Position numbers and translations under genes: made by a program. The notes beneath the pieces were generated by a model. It ran no database searches, was not told where the DNA came from, and was given only the letters and a program-made list of their open reading frames with translations. A stretch of DNA of 63,429 bases, counting the filler, from Octopus bimaculoides (lineage: Eukaryota): assembly GCF_001194135.2 (NCBI RefSeq). It is 5 parts of 5 records of this genome, joined end to end, with 100 filler letters (N's around TTAATTAATTAA, not from the genome) between each part and the next. Parts side by side here need not be neighbours in the genome. Positions count along the whole stretch, not along the records: positions 21,287 to 43,958 come from NC_069009.1; positions 44,059 to 51,240 come from NC_068981.1; positions 51,341 to 58,949 come from NC_069010.1; 2 more parts are not named here. The stretch is one strand, 5' to 3'. This document shows, piece by piece, positions 37,711-52,437 of the stretch (position 1 is the stretch's first letter; every line of letters starts with the position of its first letter).

Positions 37711-39018
37711 ATAGAAAAATAAATATATATATATATTCTTTTTTATATATATATATATATTCTTTTATCTATATATNNNNNNNNNNNNNNNNNNNNNNNN
37801 NNNNNNNNNNNNNNNNNNNNNNNNNNNNNNNNNNNNNNNNNNNNNNNNNNNNNNNNNNNNNNNNNNNNNNNNNNNNNNNNNNNNNNNNNNNNNNNNNNNN
37901 NNNNNNNNNNNNNNNNNNNNNNNNNNNNNNNNNNNNNNNNNNNNNNNNNNNNNNNNNNNNNNNNNNNNNNNNNNNNNNNNNNNNNNNNNNNNNNNNNNNN
38001 NNNNNNNNNNNNNNNNNNNNNNNNNNNNNNNNNNNNNNNNNNNNNNNNNNNNNNNNNNNNNNNNNNNNNNNNNNNNNNNNNNNNNNNNNNNNNNNNNNNN
38101 NNNNNNNNNNNNNNNNNNNNNNNNNNNNNNNNNNNNNNNNNNNNNNNNNNNNNNNNNNNNNNNNNNNNNNNNNNNNNNNNNNNNNNNNNNNNNNNNNNNN
38201 NNNNNNNNNNNNNNNNNNNNNNNNNNNNNNNNNNNNNNNNNNNNNNNNNNNNNNNNNNNNNNNNNNNNNNNNNNNNNNNNNNNNNNNNNNNNNNNNNNNN
38301 NNNNNNNNNNNNNNNNNNNNNNNNNNNNNNNNNNNNNNNNNNNNNNNNNNNNNNNNNNNNNNNNNNNNNNNNNNNNNNNNNNNNNNNNNNNNNNNNNNNN
38401 NNNNNNNNNNNNNNNNNNNNNNNNNNNNNNNNNNNNNNNNNNNNNNNNNNNNNNNNNNNNNNNNNNNNNNNNNNTATATATATATTTATTTATATATATA
38501 AACATTTATGGTTGAGTATAAATTTATTATTCTTTAACAAGAATAGTTTTGACAGTGACTTCAAAGTTTCAGCCAGCTAATCCATCCATCCATCCATCCA
38601 TCCAGCCTGTCTGTCTGTCTGTATGTGTAAGTATCTCTTTCTCTCTATCTCTCCCTATATATATTTATTCATTTCTCTATTTATTGATCTAACTCTCTTT
38701 TTATCTCTCCCTCCCTCTCTGTCTATCTATCTATTTATCTCCCTCTCTCTCTCCCCCTCTATCCATTTATCTATCTATCTATCCATCCATCCAGCTACAC
38801 AGTGTGCCAGTTATCCAATCCTGAAATTTCCCATACTTTCATATATGTTATCATTGAACAGAAATTCTCCTCAATGGAATTCTGCAGAATGGAAATGTGA
38901 CATGATTTATGTATTCATGTTTGCTTTTTGTTTTAATTTAATTTAAATTATGGAGAGCAGTTGGTGAATGATGGTACCAGTTGGGGTTGGTTTTTCAAAG
39001 AGTCGGTCATTGGATTAT

Positions 39019-39545
<527 letters not shown>

Positions 39546-39549
39546 AGAT

Positions 39550-39776
39550 TTACTATTTTGCTTGTCTGAATCACAAAAAACCTTAAATGGACCCCTCCCC
39601 CCAGGGATCATATGGACCCCAGTTGAAAACCATTTAGTTGTTCCTCGCTATAAACACAACTAAAGCAAAATTTTTCCATAGGCCACTAAAATACTATGGT
39701 GGATCCTCAATTTACTATTTTGCTTGTGTGGACCCTAAAAAGATCTTATATGGACCCTGTTTGAGAAACACTGCCC
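39550..39776 (+). mobile_element. Two tandem hAT-like MITE 3' ends
   Basis: Duplicated tttactattttgcttgt...tatggaccc unit ending in gttgaaaacc / gtttgagaaacactg. Confidence 0.4.
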
Positions 39777-39799
39777 TAAACTCTCATTGCTTGACACAA

Positions 39800-40090
39800 A
39801 GCTGCATCACTCAATAAGACTCCTTCCCTCATTTGAGGGGAATCTTTGTCCACAAAAAGCTTCCAGTACACTCTTGGTGTAAGGAAGGACATCCAGCTGT
39901 AGAGACCATGCCAAAACAGACCTTGCCAATGCTGGTGCCACATAAAAAATGCACCCTGTCTACTCTGCAAAGTGGTTGGCATTAGGAAGGGCATCCAGCC
40001 AGAGAAACCATGCCTAAGCAGTCTTCTAGCTTGCTGGCTCCTGTCAAACCGTTCCACAGGTGCCAGCATGGAAAACTGACATTTTAACAC
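39800..40090 (+). mobile_element. Repeat family C variant
   Basis: Two aggaagg(a/g)catccagc motifs and a gccagcatggaaaac tail. Confidence 0.65.
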
Positions 40091-40106
40091 ACATTCTTGG
40101 ACCAAC

Positions 40107-40388
40107 TTCTAGCTGTTTTGCAATGTCAGAAGCTATCGAATGGGGTTCGTTTTCCACAATTCTCTTCAAACAGTGAAGTTTCCTTTTCGAGGGCTCAGGT
40201 CAGCCAGGACAAGAATCTGTTGATTCTTATCCTTGGCTTTTGATTTGCACTATAATTCTATTAACAGTAGCAAGAGGAATTTGAAGATTTTCGGCAATTT
40301 TTCGCTGGCTAAGACCAGCCTCAGATTGCCCAACAATACGACCTCTTTGAAAATCTGACAGTTCTGCTGAATTTTTTGTGCATGGCAT
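40107..40388 (-). mobile_element. Tc1-family transposase N-terminal fragment
   Basis: [46 protein letters not shown]...G*..PG*P...LKRIVENEPHSIASDIAKQLE; not in the ORF track because of stops. Confidence 0.82.
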
Positions 40389-41021
40389 GGTTACTCTTCG
40401 CAAATGTTTAATATAATGGCACCTGGAATGAAAAAGAATAATTACATTGTAAATTCTACACCACTAAAAACATATTAGGATGCTTAGATCAGAAATTTTG
40501 AAAATTAAAGGTGTCTATTTACTTCCTGCATATCTNNNNNNNNNNNNNNNNNNNNNNNNNNNNNNNNNNNNNNNNNNNNNNNNNNNNNNNNNNNNNNNNN
40601 NNNNNNNNNNNNNNNNNNNNNNNNNNNNNNNNNNNNNNNNNNNNNNNNNNNNNNNNNNNNNNNNNNNNNNNNNNNNNNNNNNNNNNNNNNNNNNNNNNNN
40701 NNNNNNNNNNNNNNNNNNNNNNNNNNNNNNNNNNNNNNNNNNNNNNNNNNNNNNNNNNNNNNNNNNNNNNNNNNNNNNNNNNNNNNNNNNNNNNNNNNNN
40801 NNNNNNNNNNNNNNNNNNNNNNNNNNNNNNNNNNNNNNNNNNNNNNNNNNNNNNNNNNNNNNNNNNNNNNNNNNNNNNNNNNNNNNTTAATGAATAAAAA
40901 TTCTTCTGATAGAATAAATGGGTTAATAGAAACCAATGTAGCAAAGAACACAAAATAACTGTGGTTTAGTTCCTGTTTTTAAGGCCGGAACTCCTTGAAA
41001 TTTTGGGTATTTGAGTATATT

Positions 41022-41140
41022 TAAGAATTTAAGGAATGGAGAAAACGCATGTTATAATTCCATACTTTATTCCTACATATGTTTCAAAGGAATAAAGTAT
41101 GCAATTATAACATGTGTTTTCTCCATTCCTTAAATTCTTA
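41022..41140. repeat. Near-perfect inverted repeat: 53-bp arms, 13-bp spacer
   Basis: 41022-41074 vs the reverse complement of 41088-41140, 51/53 identical. Confidence 0.92.
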
Positions 41141-41771
41141 TATATATATTTATATATATATATATATATTATTTATATTTATGTGCATGTAGATTAATGC
41201 ATGTGTATGTATATAATGTTTATATTTACACATCACATATTTGAGTGTGTGTACGCGTGTATGTATATGAATATAAATATGTTACATTTTGTAGGACTTT
41301 CTATTTCTGTTAACATGTGTGTTTGATGAGTTTGTTGTTTATATCCCTCCTAATGAGACTGATGCATTGCTCACCATAATTTATCCTGTCTGACATTTTT
41401 GAAGTGCATCCGTTGAAACATATGTAGAAGAATTCAAGATATAAATGGTTTAATAACATCCTGAGTGAATGTCCCCATATTCAATTTTCCTATATATATA
41501 TATATATATATATATACATGCTATTTTTTAAAGCTGGAAATACATCAGTTTTGTGATGTTTTTGTAGCTTTAATAAAAAAGTATATCACTCTACCTCTGG
41601 TATTCAAGTACTATTGTTTCCACCTTGTTTTGCATTTATGTGCTTACTTGTGTGTGTGTGTGTGTACGTGTGTGTGTATATATATATATATATATATTAT
41701 ACACACATATAGATATATAAATATGCATATATAGATATATAGTTATATACATACAGTCATATACATACAAA

Positions 41772-41925
41772 GGCGCAGAAATGGCTGTGTGGTAAGTAGC
41801 TTGCTTACCAACCACATGGTTCCGGGTTCAGTCCCACTGCGTGGCCCCTTGGGCAAGTGTCTTCTACTAATGCCTTATGTCGATCAAAGCCTTAGGCTGA
41901 CCAAAGCCTTAGGCCGACCAAAGCC
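41772..41925 (+). mobile_element. SINE family A, 5' part with a local caaagccttagg tandem, cut by a gap
   Basis: Close match to the family head and CORE-like block. Confidence 0.85.
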
Positions 41926-42774
41926 NNNNNNNNNNNNNNNNNNNNNNNNNNNNNNNNNNNNNNNNNNNNNNNNNNNNNNNNNNNNNNNNNNNNNNNNNNN
42001 NNNNNNNNNNNNNNNNNNNNNNNNNNNNNNNNNNNNNNNNNNNNNNNNNNNNNNNNNNNNNNNNNNNNNNNNNNNNNNNNNNNNNNNNNNNNNNNNNNNN
42101 NNNNNNNNNNNNNNNNNNNNNNNNNNNNNNNNNNNNNNNNNNNNNNNNNNNNNNNNNNNNNNNNNNNNNNNNNNNNNNNNNNNNNNNNNNNNNNNNNNNN
42201 NNNNNNNNNNNNNNNNNNNNNNNNNNNNNNNNNNNNNNNNNNNNNNNNNNNNNNNNNNNNNNNNNNNNNNNNNNNNNNNNNNNNNNNNNNNNNNNNNNNN
42301 NNNNNNNNNNNNNNNNNNNNNNNNNNNNNNNNNNNNNNNNNNNNNNNNNNNNNNNNNNNNNNNNNNNNNNNNNNNNNNNNNNNNNNNNNNNNNNNNNNNN
42401 NNNNNNNNNNNNNNNNNNNNNNNNNNNNNNNNNNNNNNNNNNNNNNNNNNNNNNNNNNNNNNNNNNNNNNNNNNNNNNNNNNNNNNNNNNNNNNNNNNNN
42501 NNNNNNNNNNNNNNNNNNNNNNNNNNNTATATATACATATATATATATGTATATATATACATATATATATATATATGAGAGGCTTCCACACAGTTTCTAT
42601 CTACCAAATTCATTTACATGACATTGGTGGACCCAGTATGATGGTAGAAAACATTTGCCTAAGCTGCCATACAATGGGGCTGAACCCCAAATGACTGGCT
42701 TGTCGTGTATCTTAAATATTTCAAAATGTGGGTCTATTCACCTTGTTTAACATGTCCTGTCATTTGCAAGACAA

Positions 42775-43060
42775 TTGTGTATGATTTTAGGGAGATTTGG
42801 CTGTTATTTTTAGCAGGTTTTGGTGACTATTCAGAAATCTGCCTTAGGTCATACATGCATATATACATAAATAAGACAGTAGGGTGTGATTTGAGGGAGA
42901 TTTGGCTGCTATTTCTACCAGTTCTAAGTAGTATTTAGAAGTCTCCCACATTGGCTCAAACATACACATATATATAAACATAAAACATTAGGGTGTGATT
43001 TGAGGGAGATTTGGCTACTATTTCTACCATGTCAAGCAACCATGTAGAGGTCTCTCACTG
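42775..43060 (+). repeat. Three tandem copies of an unclassified ~75-bp dispersed repeat (family F)
   Basis: gggtgtgatttgagggagatttggct(g/a)ctatttcta; related copies at ~8680-8725(-), ~44215-44260(-), ~61795-61865(+). Confidence 0.7.
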
Positions 43061-43239
43061 GTTGCTATTATTGATGATGTCATAGCCAATAGTAGCAACA
43101 TCCATAACTGCCCCTTTAAGACAAGACAGCTGCCACCTCCTCCCCACTTTCTTCTGCTCCTCTTACTTCACCCAGTTCTGTCTCCTACTTCGTCTGGCGT
43201 TTTGTCCTCAGCTCTGGCAATTAAAGATAGTCTTGTTGT

Positions 43240-43870
43240 TGATGGCCATGGTGGTGGTGGTGGTGGTGGTGGTGGTAGTGGTGGTGAATGTGTTGGCTGT
43301 AGTGGTTATGGTATTAGTGGTGATGGAGGCGATGGTAGTGGTGGTGGAGATGACGGTGGTGGTGGTGGTGGTACTGGTTATGGTATTGGTTGTGGTGGTA
43401 GTGGTGGAGGCAATGGCAGTGGTGGCGGCAGTGTTGATGATGGTTGTCATGGTGTTGGTGGTGGTTGTGATGGTGATGGAGGTGGTGGTGATAGTTGCTG
43501 TTGCAGTGGTGGTGATAGTTGCTGTTGTAGTGGTGGTGATAGTTGCTGTTGTAGTGGTGGTGGTAGTGGGTGGAGGTGGAGGTGGCATTTGTGTTCATGA
43601 AGATGGTGGTAGTGGCGGTGGTGGTGGCTATGGTGGTAGCAGACAATGCTGTTGATAGTGATGGTGGCGTTTCTGGTGATGGTGGTGGTGGTGCTGTAGT
43701 TTGTGGTCATGACGGAGTTGGTGGCGGCATCGACATTTGCAGCTTCTGTAATGGTGGTGGTGGTGGTGGTGGCTAATGCTAGTTCCTGGTTGAAATCGAT
43801 ATTAGAGTGAAAGAACATGCTGTGGTGCTGCTAATGATGATGGTGGTGGTGGTGGTGGTGGTGGTGGTAG
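43240..43870. repeat. Cryptic (GGT/GAT)n-rich tract
   Basis: Direct reading. Confidence 0.9.
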
Positions 43871-43958
43871 AGACATGAGCCATATCTGTTGCTGCACTGT
43901 TGCAGTTTTCTGTGTTGATGAACACACACACACACAAACACACACACAGACATATATA

Positions 43959-44058
43959 NNNNNNNNNNNNNNNNNNNNNNNNNNNNNNNNNNNNNNNNNN
44001 NNTTAATTAATTAANNNNNNNNNNNNNNNNNNNNNNNNNNNNNNNNNNNNNNNNNNNN
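43959..44058. other. Artificial scaffold linker (N44-TTAATTAATTAA-N44)
   Basis: Same 100-bp construct, 12-mer at 44003-44014. Confidence 0.95.
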
Positions 44059-45020
44059 AAATGAAATATTCAAACACTGAGATTTGAAGTTAGATGTCAC
44101 TACTGTTCATACCATCTGTGGATAAATTCAAAATTTGATGATATCACCAGTAGTAGCATTGGTGGAACGCAGTTATGATAGCTTTATCGAGCTATGAAAT
44201 ATCGTAATGATGCTTAATGAGCATCTACCTGCTAGAAATAAGAGCCAAGTCTTAAGTAATCCACCGTAGCGCACCAATATAACAGAGAAAAACAGTATGC
44301 GAGGAAAACAGACCGAATTAAAACATTTAACAACACAAATAAAAACATTATACAATTACGGATATATATATATATACATACACGATGAGTTTCTTTCAGT
44401 TTCCGTCATAAACTACGCGCCCATAAGAGAAACAACAAACAATTAATGAAACATACGCATCAACATGCAAAGAATACACACGATTACTTCTATCGTACCA
44501 ACAAACAATATACCGACTCACAAACACCTAAAAGCGACAGAAAAAGCTCAACAAACGAAAAAGCAAGTATTGCAGGCTTTGTGCCTGTAGTATAAAAGAT
44601 TATGATTATTATTAGGATGCCAACATCGATAGAGCAACAAACAAACAAAAAAACTTTCAGTATTCATTTTCACCTATTTATGTGTTCATTCTTAGTACGT
44701 AATGGTTGATTTTGTTTTCTTTCGTTCTAGGATCGATAAAATAAAGTATCAGTGAAGTACTGGGAGAGGAAATTTGTGATCCTGGGTTATAATTAAAAAT
44801 AACCAGCAACACAATCGCATCACAGCATGAACATCACCGCCATTCATCTATCAATATGGTCCTAGTATTGAATATTATAAGGTCGTTAAACATAAAGCGT
44901 ACAACGTCACAGCTTCCGATTTTTCAAGATATAAATCAAAGATATGATGTCTGAGTAAATAAATTTAGTGCACTACTTTTTGTATGAATAAAATCAAGAA
45001 CGTGATTGTCTGTCTCTAAG

Positions 45021-45235
45021 GTAATGAGCTGGTAGAATCGCTACCATGCCGGTCAAAATGCCTTGCGACATTTCGTCCATCTTTAAATTCTGAGTCTAAC
45101 TTCCGCCGAGGTTGGCTTTGCCTTTCATCTTTTAAGAATCGATAAAATAAGTACCAGTTGAGCACTGGAGTTCATCTAATCGACTTGCTCCTTCTCCCAA
45201 AATCGTTGGCCTTGTACCAAAATTTGAAACCAATA
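45021..45235 (+). mobile_element. SINE family B
   Basis: Head GAGCTGGTAGAATCGCTA, central domain, tail ccttgtaccaaaatttgaaaccaatatt. Confidence 0.8.
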
Positions 45236-46076
45236 TTATCTGTCTGTCTTTCTTTCTATCTTCCGCTCTCTGTTTTTTCACATTCTCTTCTTCATCCTTC
45301 TCTCTTCATAGAATATTATCTCTAGACATAAAGCAGACACGATTAAATCAGTTCTTTCAGTGACGAGTACACATATCTCCTATTATTTCTCCTATCATCG
45401 AGCAAAGACACACTCTATAGTTTCCATTACTACAAATGTACTAAAGTGAGTACCTCTGTCTTCTTCTCAACAAAATTTACACGATACATGTACATTTATT
45501 CTCATCTCTCTCTTCATCCCCTTAAGATTCACCCTGCAGTTGTTTTACTTTATCCAGCCTTTATCCACACTTTTCTTTTCCATATAACTCCATTTTGATA
45601 AAATTTCTGACTCTGCCAACACGTTGCGACAACTGCCAGGCATCAACAATTTAAATTAACTGTTAATTCGTTAACCCCAACATCTTTGCCAGAAATTCTG
45701 ATATGATAATGGAAAACACTTTAGATACTACACTTCATTTCTAAATGAATATACGTAAAAAAGTCGATCTTTTTGGACTACATCAGAACGAGCACTTATT
45801 TCATCAAGCAGAGTAGAAGTAAAATTATAGATACAGGTCTTATCTGTTATTTATTATATCGTGCTTGACGTGATGTAATTTATTATATGAACGTACACAT
45901 GCCTAACCTTACCTTAAATATTGCTTTGTGTTTAAACACAATTTAAGCGTTAACTGGGCATTGCGATTTCGAAATTTTCATACAAAACTCGACTCTTTTG
46001 ACATCGAATTCTTTTAATAATTTCTACATCGATTTATTTTACAAGAATTTGCGTGTTCCTTGATGAAGCCAGAGAA

Positions 46077-46461
46077 TATTGGCTTCAAATTTGGCACGGG
46101 GCCAGCAATTCTTTTATGAGAAGGGAAGTCGATTATATTCACCATAGTACATGACTGGTATTTATTTTATCGACTCCGAAAAGATCAAAGGCAAAGTTGA
46201 TCTCGGCCAAATTTGAACTGAGAATTTCAAGTGGGAAAAAATGATGCTAAGCAACTTTGCAACGCGATAACGATTCTCTCAGGTCGCCGCTTTAAAGCCT
46301 TGAAGCCAAAGAATATTGGCTTCAAATTTTGGTACAAGACCAGCAAGTTTGAGGAAGGGTTTAAGTCGATTACACCGACCTCAGTGCTCAACTGGTACTT
46401 ACTTTATCCATCCCGAAAAGATAAAAGGCAAATTCGACCTCGCTGGAATTTGAACTCTGAA
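46077..46461 (-). mobile_element. Two tandem SINE family B copies; the second abuts the Tc1 fragment
   Basis: Reverse-complement copies at ~46077-46290 and ~46313-46461, both preceded by tgaagcc(a)(g/a)agaatattggcttc. Confidence 0.78.
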
Positions 46462-47255
46462 CATAGAGGTCAAATTGTTAGTGCTCGTATGGCAGGCGTT
46501 AGCGCAACAAAAACATCCGAAATGTTTGGTGTATCAAGAAGTACTGTCTCGAAAGTAATGACAGCTTTTGAGAAAGAGGCAAAAAACCTCCTCGTCGAAA
46601 CAAAACATTCAGATTGGGACCGTCGGACTCTTACACGAATTGTTAGAAAGGATCACAAAAGTATAGCTCCCAAAATTACTGCAGAGTTTAATGACCACAT
46701 TGAGAACCCAGTTTCCACAAAAACTGTTCGCCGGGAACTGCACAAAGCCGGATAACACGGGAAGGCTGCAATCATAAAACCACTACTTACAAAAACAATC
46801 GTTGCAAAACGTTTAGAGTAAAGTAAAAACCTACAGAATTGGTCCCTAGAGCAGTGGAAGAATGTTCAACCACCGGCCGAGTTTACGTGTGGGGACAGCC
46901 AAAAGAAGCATTTGGCCCAGACTGCCGTCTTCCAACTATTAAACATGGAGGAGGATCTGTGATGATCTGGGTGGCTATAACTTGGAAATCCGCCGGCTCA
47001 GTTGTTTCCCCTCATGACAGAATTAATAGTCAAGATTATTTAAGCATTTTATATGATCAAATTCATCCTATGTTTGCTGAACTGTTTCCGGAGGGAAGCG
47101 CAATCTTTCAGGATGATAATGCACCAATTCACACAGCTAAAGTTGGTACTGAACGGCACGAGGAACATTCTAGGGAAGTTGACATTCTTATCTGGCAACC
47201 ACAGTCCCAGATCTCAATATTATTGAACATTTATGGTACATTTTAGAAAAACAAG
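46462..47255 (+). mobile_element. Degenerate Tc1 (DD34E) transposase
   Basis: RGQIVSARMAG..FGVSRSTVSKV, VSTKTVRRELHKAG, TIKHGGGSVMIW, IFQDDNAPIHTA, frameshifted PDLNIIEHLW; stops and a deletion; cut by a gap. Confidence 0.92.
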
Positions 47256-48828
47256 NNNNNNNNNNNNNNNNNNNNNNNNNNNNNNNNNNNNNNNNNNNNN
47301 NNNNNNNNNNNNNNNNNNNNNNNNNNNNNNNNNNNNNNNNNNNNNNNNNNNNNNNACTACTACTACTACTACTATCAAGGTCACTACTAACAATCACTGC
47401 TACTATTATCACTACTAATGCTGTTGCTGCTCCTACTACTGCTATTGTTATAACGGTCACTACTACTGCTGATATTCCGGTCACTACTACTGCTGCTGCT
47501 GCTGCTGCTGCTTGTGCTACTTCCACACCTACCACTACAATCAATTTACTACTACTACTGACACGGACAGAGGTCACTGCCATTTACTATTGCCAACAGG
47601 GACACTACTACTACTACAACCAACAAAAAAATGCCCCCACGTGGACTAGTGACACCAGTAAGGAACAATTATGAACTCTTCATTTAATTTTATTTTCATT
47701 TTATTAAATATGTAGTTTTGATAAGGTTCGTTTTTACAAGAACCGAAACATGTTAAATTAAAATTCATTTTGGTAGAGATGGACTATATGTAATCTGAAC
47801 CTTTCTCCACCTTATTTATTAATTTTTTTTACGGAATCCCACGTTTTAGGCTATGGAGATTCCGATTCTGAAAAAAAATTTTTTTTTAATNNNNNNNNNN
47901 NNNNNNNNNNNNNNNNNNNNNNNNNNNNNNNNNNNNNNNNNNNNNNNNNNNNNNNNNNNNNNNNNNNNNNNNNNNNNNNNNNNNNNNNNNNNNNNNNNNN
48001 NNNNNNNNNNNNNNNNNNNNNNNNNNNNNNNNNNNNNNNNNNNNNNNNNNNNNNNNNNNNNNNNNNNNNNNNNNNNNNNNNNNNNNNNNNNNNNNNNNNN
48101 NNNNNNNNNNNNNNNNNNNNNNNNNNNNNNNNNNNNNNNNNNNNNNNNNNNNNNNNNNNNNNNNNNNNNNNNNNNNNNNNNNNNNNNNNNNNNNNNNNNN
48201 NNNNNNNNNNNNNNNNNNNNNNNNNNNNNNNNNNNNNNNNNNNNNNNNNNNNNNNNNNNNNNNNNNNNNNNNNNNNNNNNNNNNNNNNNNNNNNNNNNNN
48301 NNNNNNNNNNNNNNNNNNNNNNNNNNNNNNNNNNNNNNNNNNNNNNNNNNNNNNNNNNNNNNNNNNNNNNNNNNNNNNNNNNNNNNNNNNNNNNNNNNNN
48401 NNNNNNNNNNNNNNNNNNNNNNNNNNNNNNNNNNNNNNNNNNNNNNNNNNNNNNNNNNNNNNNNNNNNNNNNNNNNNNNNNNNNNNNNNNNNNNNNNNNN
48501 NNNNNNNNNNNNNNNNNNNNNNNNNNNNNNNNNNNNNNNNNNNNNNNNNNNNNNNNNNNNNNNNNNNNNNNNNNNNNNNNNNNNNNNNNNNNNNNNNNNN
48601 NNNNNNNNNNNNNNNNNNNNNNNNNNNNNNNNNNNNNNNNNNNNNNNNNNNNNNNNNNNNNNNNNNNNNNNNNNNNNNNNNNNNNNNNNNNNNNNNNNNN
48701 NNNNNNNNNNNNNNNNNNNNNNNNNNNNNNNNNNNNNNNNNNNNNNNNNNNNNNNNNNNNNNNNNNNNNNNNNNNNNNNNNNNNNNNNNNNNNNNNNNNN
48801 NNNNNNNNNNNNNNNNNNNNNNNNNNNN

Positions 48829-48892
<64 letters not shown>

Positions 48893-49876
48893 CGAATGAC
48901 AGAGAGACGGGGAGGTTTGTTCTTATTTCTTCTACATAATAATAATGCGCATAAATGTTGAGCAAATTATTTCTATTATTATATTAACTAGACTTTATCC
49001 AGCGAACAATAAAATTAGATATGCATAAATAATAAAGCAAATAGACTTTATTTTAGAGCATAATCTGTTAGACTGCTCGATAAAGAGATAAATGGATGGA
49101 TAGATGGATGTAGGGATGGATGGATGGATAACAGATTTATGCCTATATGTATGTGCGTGTGTGTGTATGTGTGTGTAGAAATCGTTTTCAATTTGTCTCA
49201 AATTCTTTAATCGTCTCCGTATAAATGAGAAGATGGGATCGTTCTACGTACCCACAAAATGTACGTACACAAGAGTAAATATAGGCTCTATACATAAGCA
49301 TAAACGCACACATACGAATACATATGCATTGTTACAATACAGACATCCACACAAAAAACCTTTAGGTCCTAACGTATATATGCAGACAACTTTTTAAAGA
49401 AATTGCTGAGCGTATAATAGCGAAAATTGGGCAAAAATACATTCATAATAGAATCCCATATATCGAACCATCCATAAAAACGGTTTACTTTGTTTGCAAA
49501 ATATTTTGAAATAAATACAAATGAAATAAAATAAAATAAAATAAAATAAAATAAAGTAAAATATAAACAAGAAAACTATACATATAATAGTGAAAAGCTT
49601 TCTTAAAAAGACGTAGGGATCTATACAATATTCTTCCAACGCCAAGTAAATTATGTATAATGCAGTACAAATCCAATAGTGAGATTGCAAACTGGTCTCA
49701 AGGAATCAAAAATTATCAAAAATATACTACCCATATGGTATGTTATTAGCCGACATTTTAAATTTAGACGCATGTCTACATGAATTTAAAAGTTCGCGTC
49801 TTTGGTTCAAAGCTTTCTTGTCTTGGAATAAGATATGGAATTTCTCTAACACAACTCACATTTAATTTGTCTTTTA

Positions 49877-49919
<43 letters not shown>

Positions 49920-50383
49920 ATATATATATATATATAAACAATATATGAGTATATGCNNNNNNNNNNNNNNNNNNNNNNNNNNNNNNNNNNNNNNNNNNNN
50001 NNNNNNNNNNNNNNNNNNNNNNNNNNNNNNNNNNNNNNNNNNNNNNNNNNNNNNNNNNNNNNNNNNNNNNNNNNNNNNNNNNNNNNNNNNNNNNNNNNNN
50101 NNNNNNNNNNNNNNNNNNNNNNNNNNNNNNNNNNNNNNNNNNNNNNNNNNNNNNNNNNNNNNNNNNNNNNNNNNNNNNNNNNNNNNNNNNNNNNNNNNNN
50201 NNNNNNNNNNNNNNNNNNNNNNNNNNNNNNNNNNNNNNNNNNNNNNNNNNNNNNNNNNNNNNNNNNNNNNNNNNNNNNNNNNNNNNNNNNNNNNNNNNNN
50301 NNNNNNNNNNNNNNNNNNNNNNNNNNNNNNNNNNNNNNNNNNNNNNNNNNNNNNNNNNNNNNNNNNNTATATATATATATATG

Positions 50384-50414
<31 letters not shown>

Positions 50415-50659
50415 TTATATACATATACATATACACACACATACATATATGTACATACACTCACACACACATATGTATGTGTGTGTGTGTGTGTATGTGT
50501 GTGTATGTGTGTGTGTGTGTGTGTGTGTACGCGGTGCGTAAGACATTTGAGGACAGATATATGATAACAGATAAGAACTTTATTTATCAAAAAATTGCTA
50601 TGAGCATAAAAATTAACCTTTTCCATAATGTTGACCTTTCTCACAACAGCACTCCACAT

Positions 50660-51120
50660 GCCCACGGGATTGAGAACTGGGGAATTAGAAGACCAAATTT
50701 TGTCTTCTTATGCATATAGTTGCATATCAAGACATGCTCATATATATGTATATGATAAAACTTCTGGAAAGTTTTACAGATATTTACAGTTCCAGTGATG
50801 GATTGGATCTGTAGTCATTAAATCAGCTTTCTCCTTTCTGGTTTTGAAAAACCTAATTTCTCAAGATTGGTATTTAAGCAGTGTTACATATTTCAGGGCC
50901 CCAATAATTCAGGTGTAGACCTGAACTTGTAATCTGGATAGAGTAACTGTAGATTTCTCAACAGTTCAGCGTAGGTATTCTATTTTTCACTGCTCTTCAG
51001 CTTTATGTTAACATCAGCTGGGCAGCTAATTTCCACAACTGTACACAGTTTCACTTCTCTATCCCAAATCATTATATCAGATCTGTTGCGCTTACATTTT
51101 ATTGAGGTTTTCACTCGGAC
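50660..51120 (-). mobile_element. R4/Dong-type element, endonuclease and C-terminal fragment
   Basis: Minus-strand translation VKTSIKCKRNRSDIMIWDREVKLCTVVEISCPADVNIK...YAELLRNLQLLYPDYKF...LEKLGFSKPERRKLI**LQIQSITGTVNICKTFQK. Confidence 0.85.
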
Positions 51121-51240
51121 ATTCGACCAGTAGATAGATAGATAGATAGATATCTTTTTATTATAGCCACACAGGGCTAAATACAGAAAATGGACAAATT
51201 ACAATGTAGAGCTTTTCTTTGAGGGGGGAAAGGGGGGATA

Positions 51241-51340
51241 NNNNNNNNNNNNNNNNNNNNNNNNNNNNNNNNNNNNNNNNNNNNTTAATTAATTAANNNN
51301 NNNNNNNNNNNNNNNNNNNNNNNNNNNNNNNNNNNNNNNN
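51241..51340. other. Artificial scaffold linker (N44-TTAATTAATTAA-N44)
   Basis: Same 100-bp construct, 12-mer at 51285-51296. Confidence 0.95.

Positions 51341-52437
<1,097 letters not shown>

Noticed and set aside
46231-46461. N-terminal half of the 174-aa ORF 46231-46755
   Set aside because: Reads through antisense SINE B copies; only the part from 46462 is transposase
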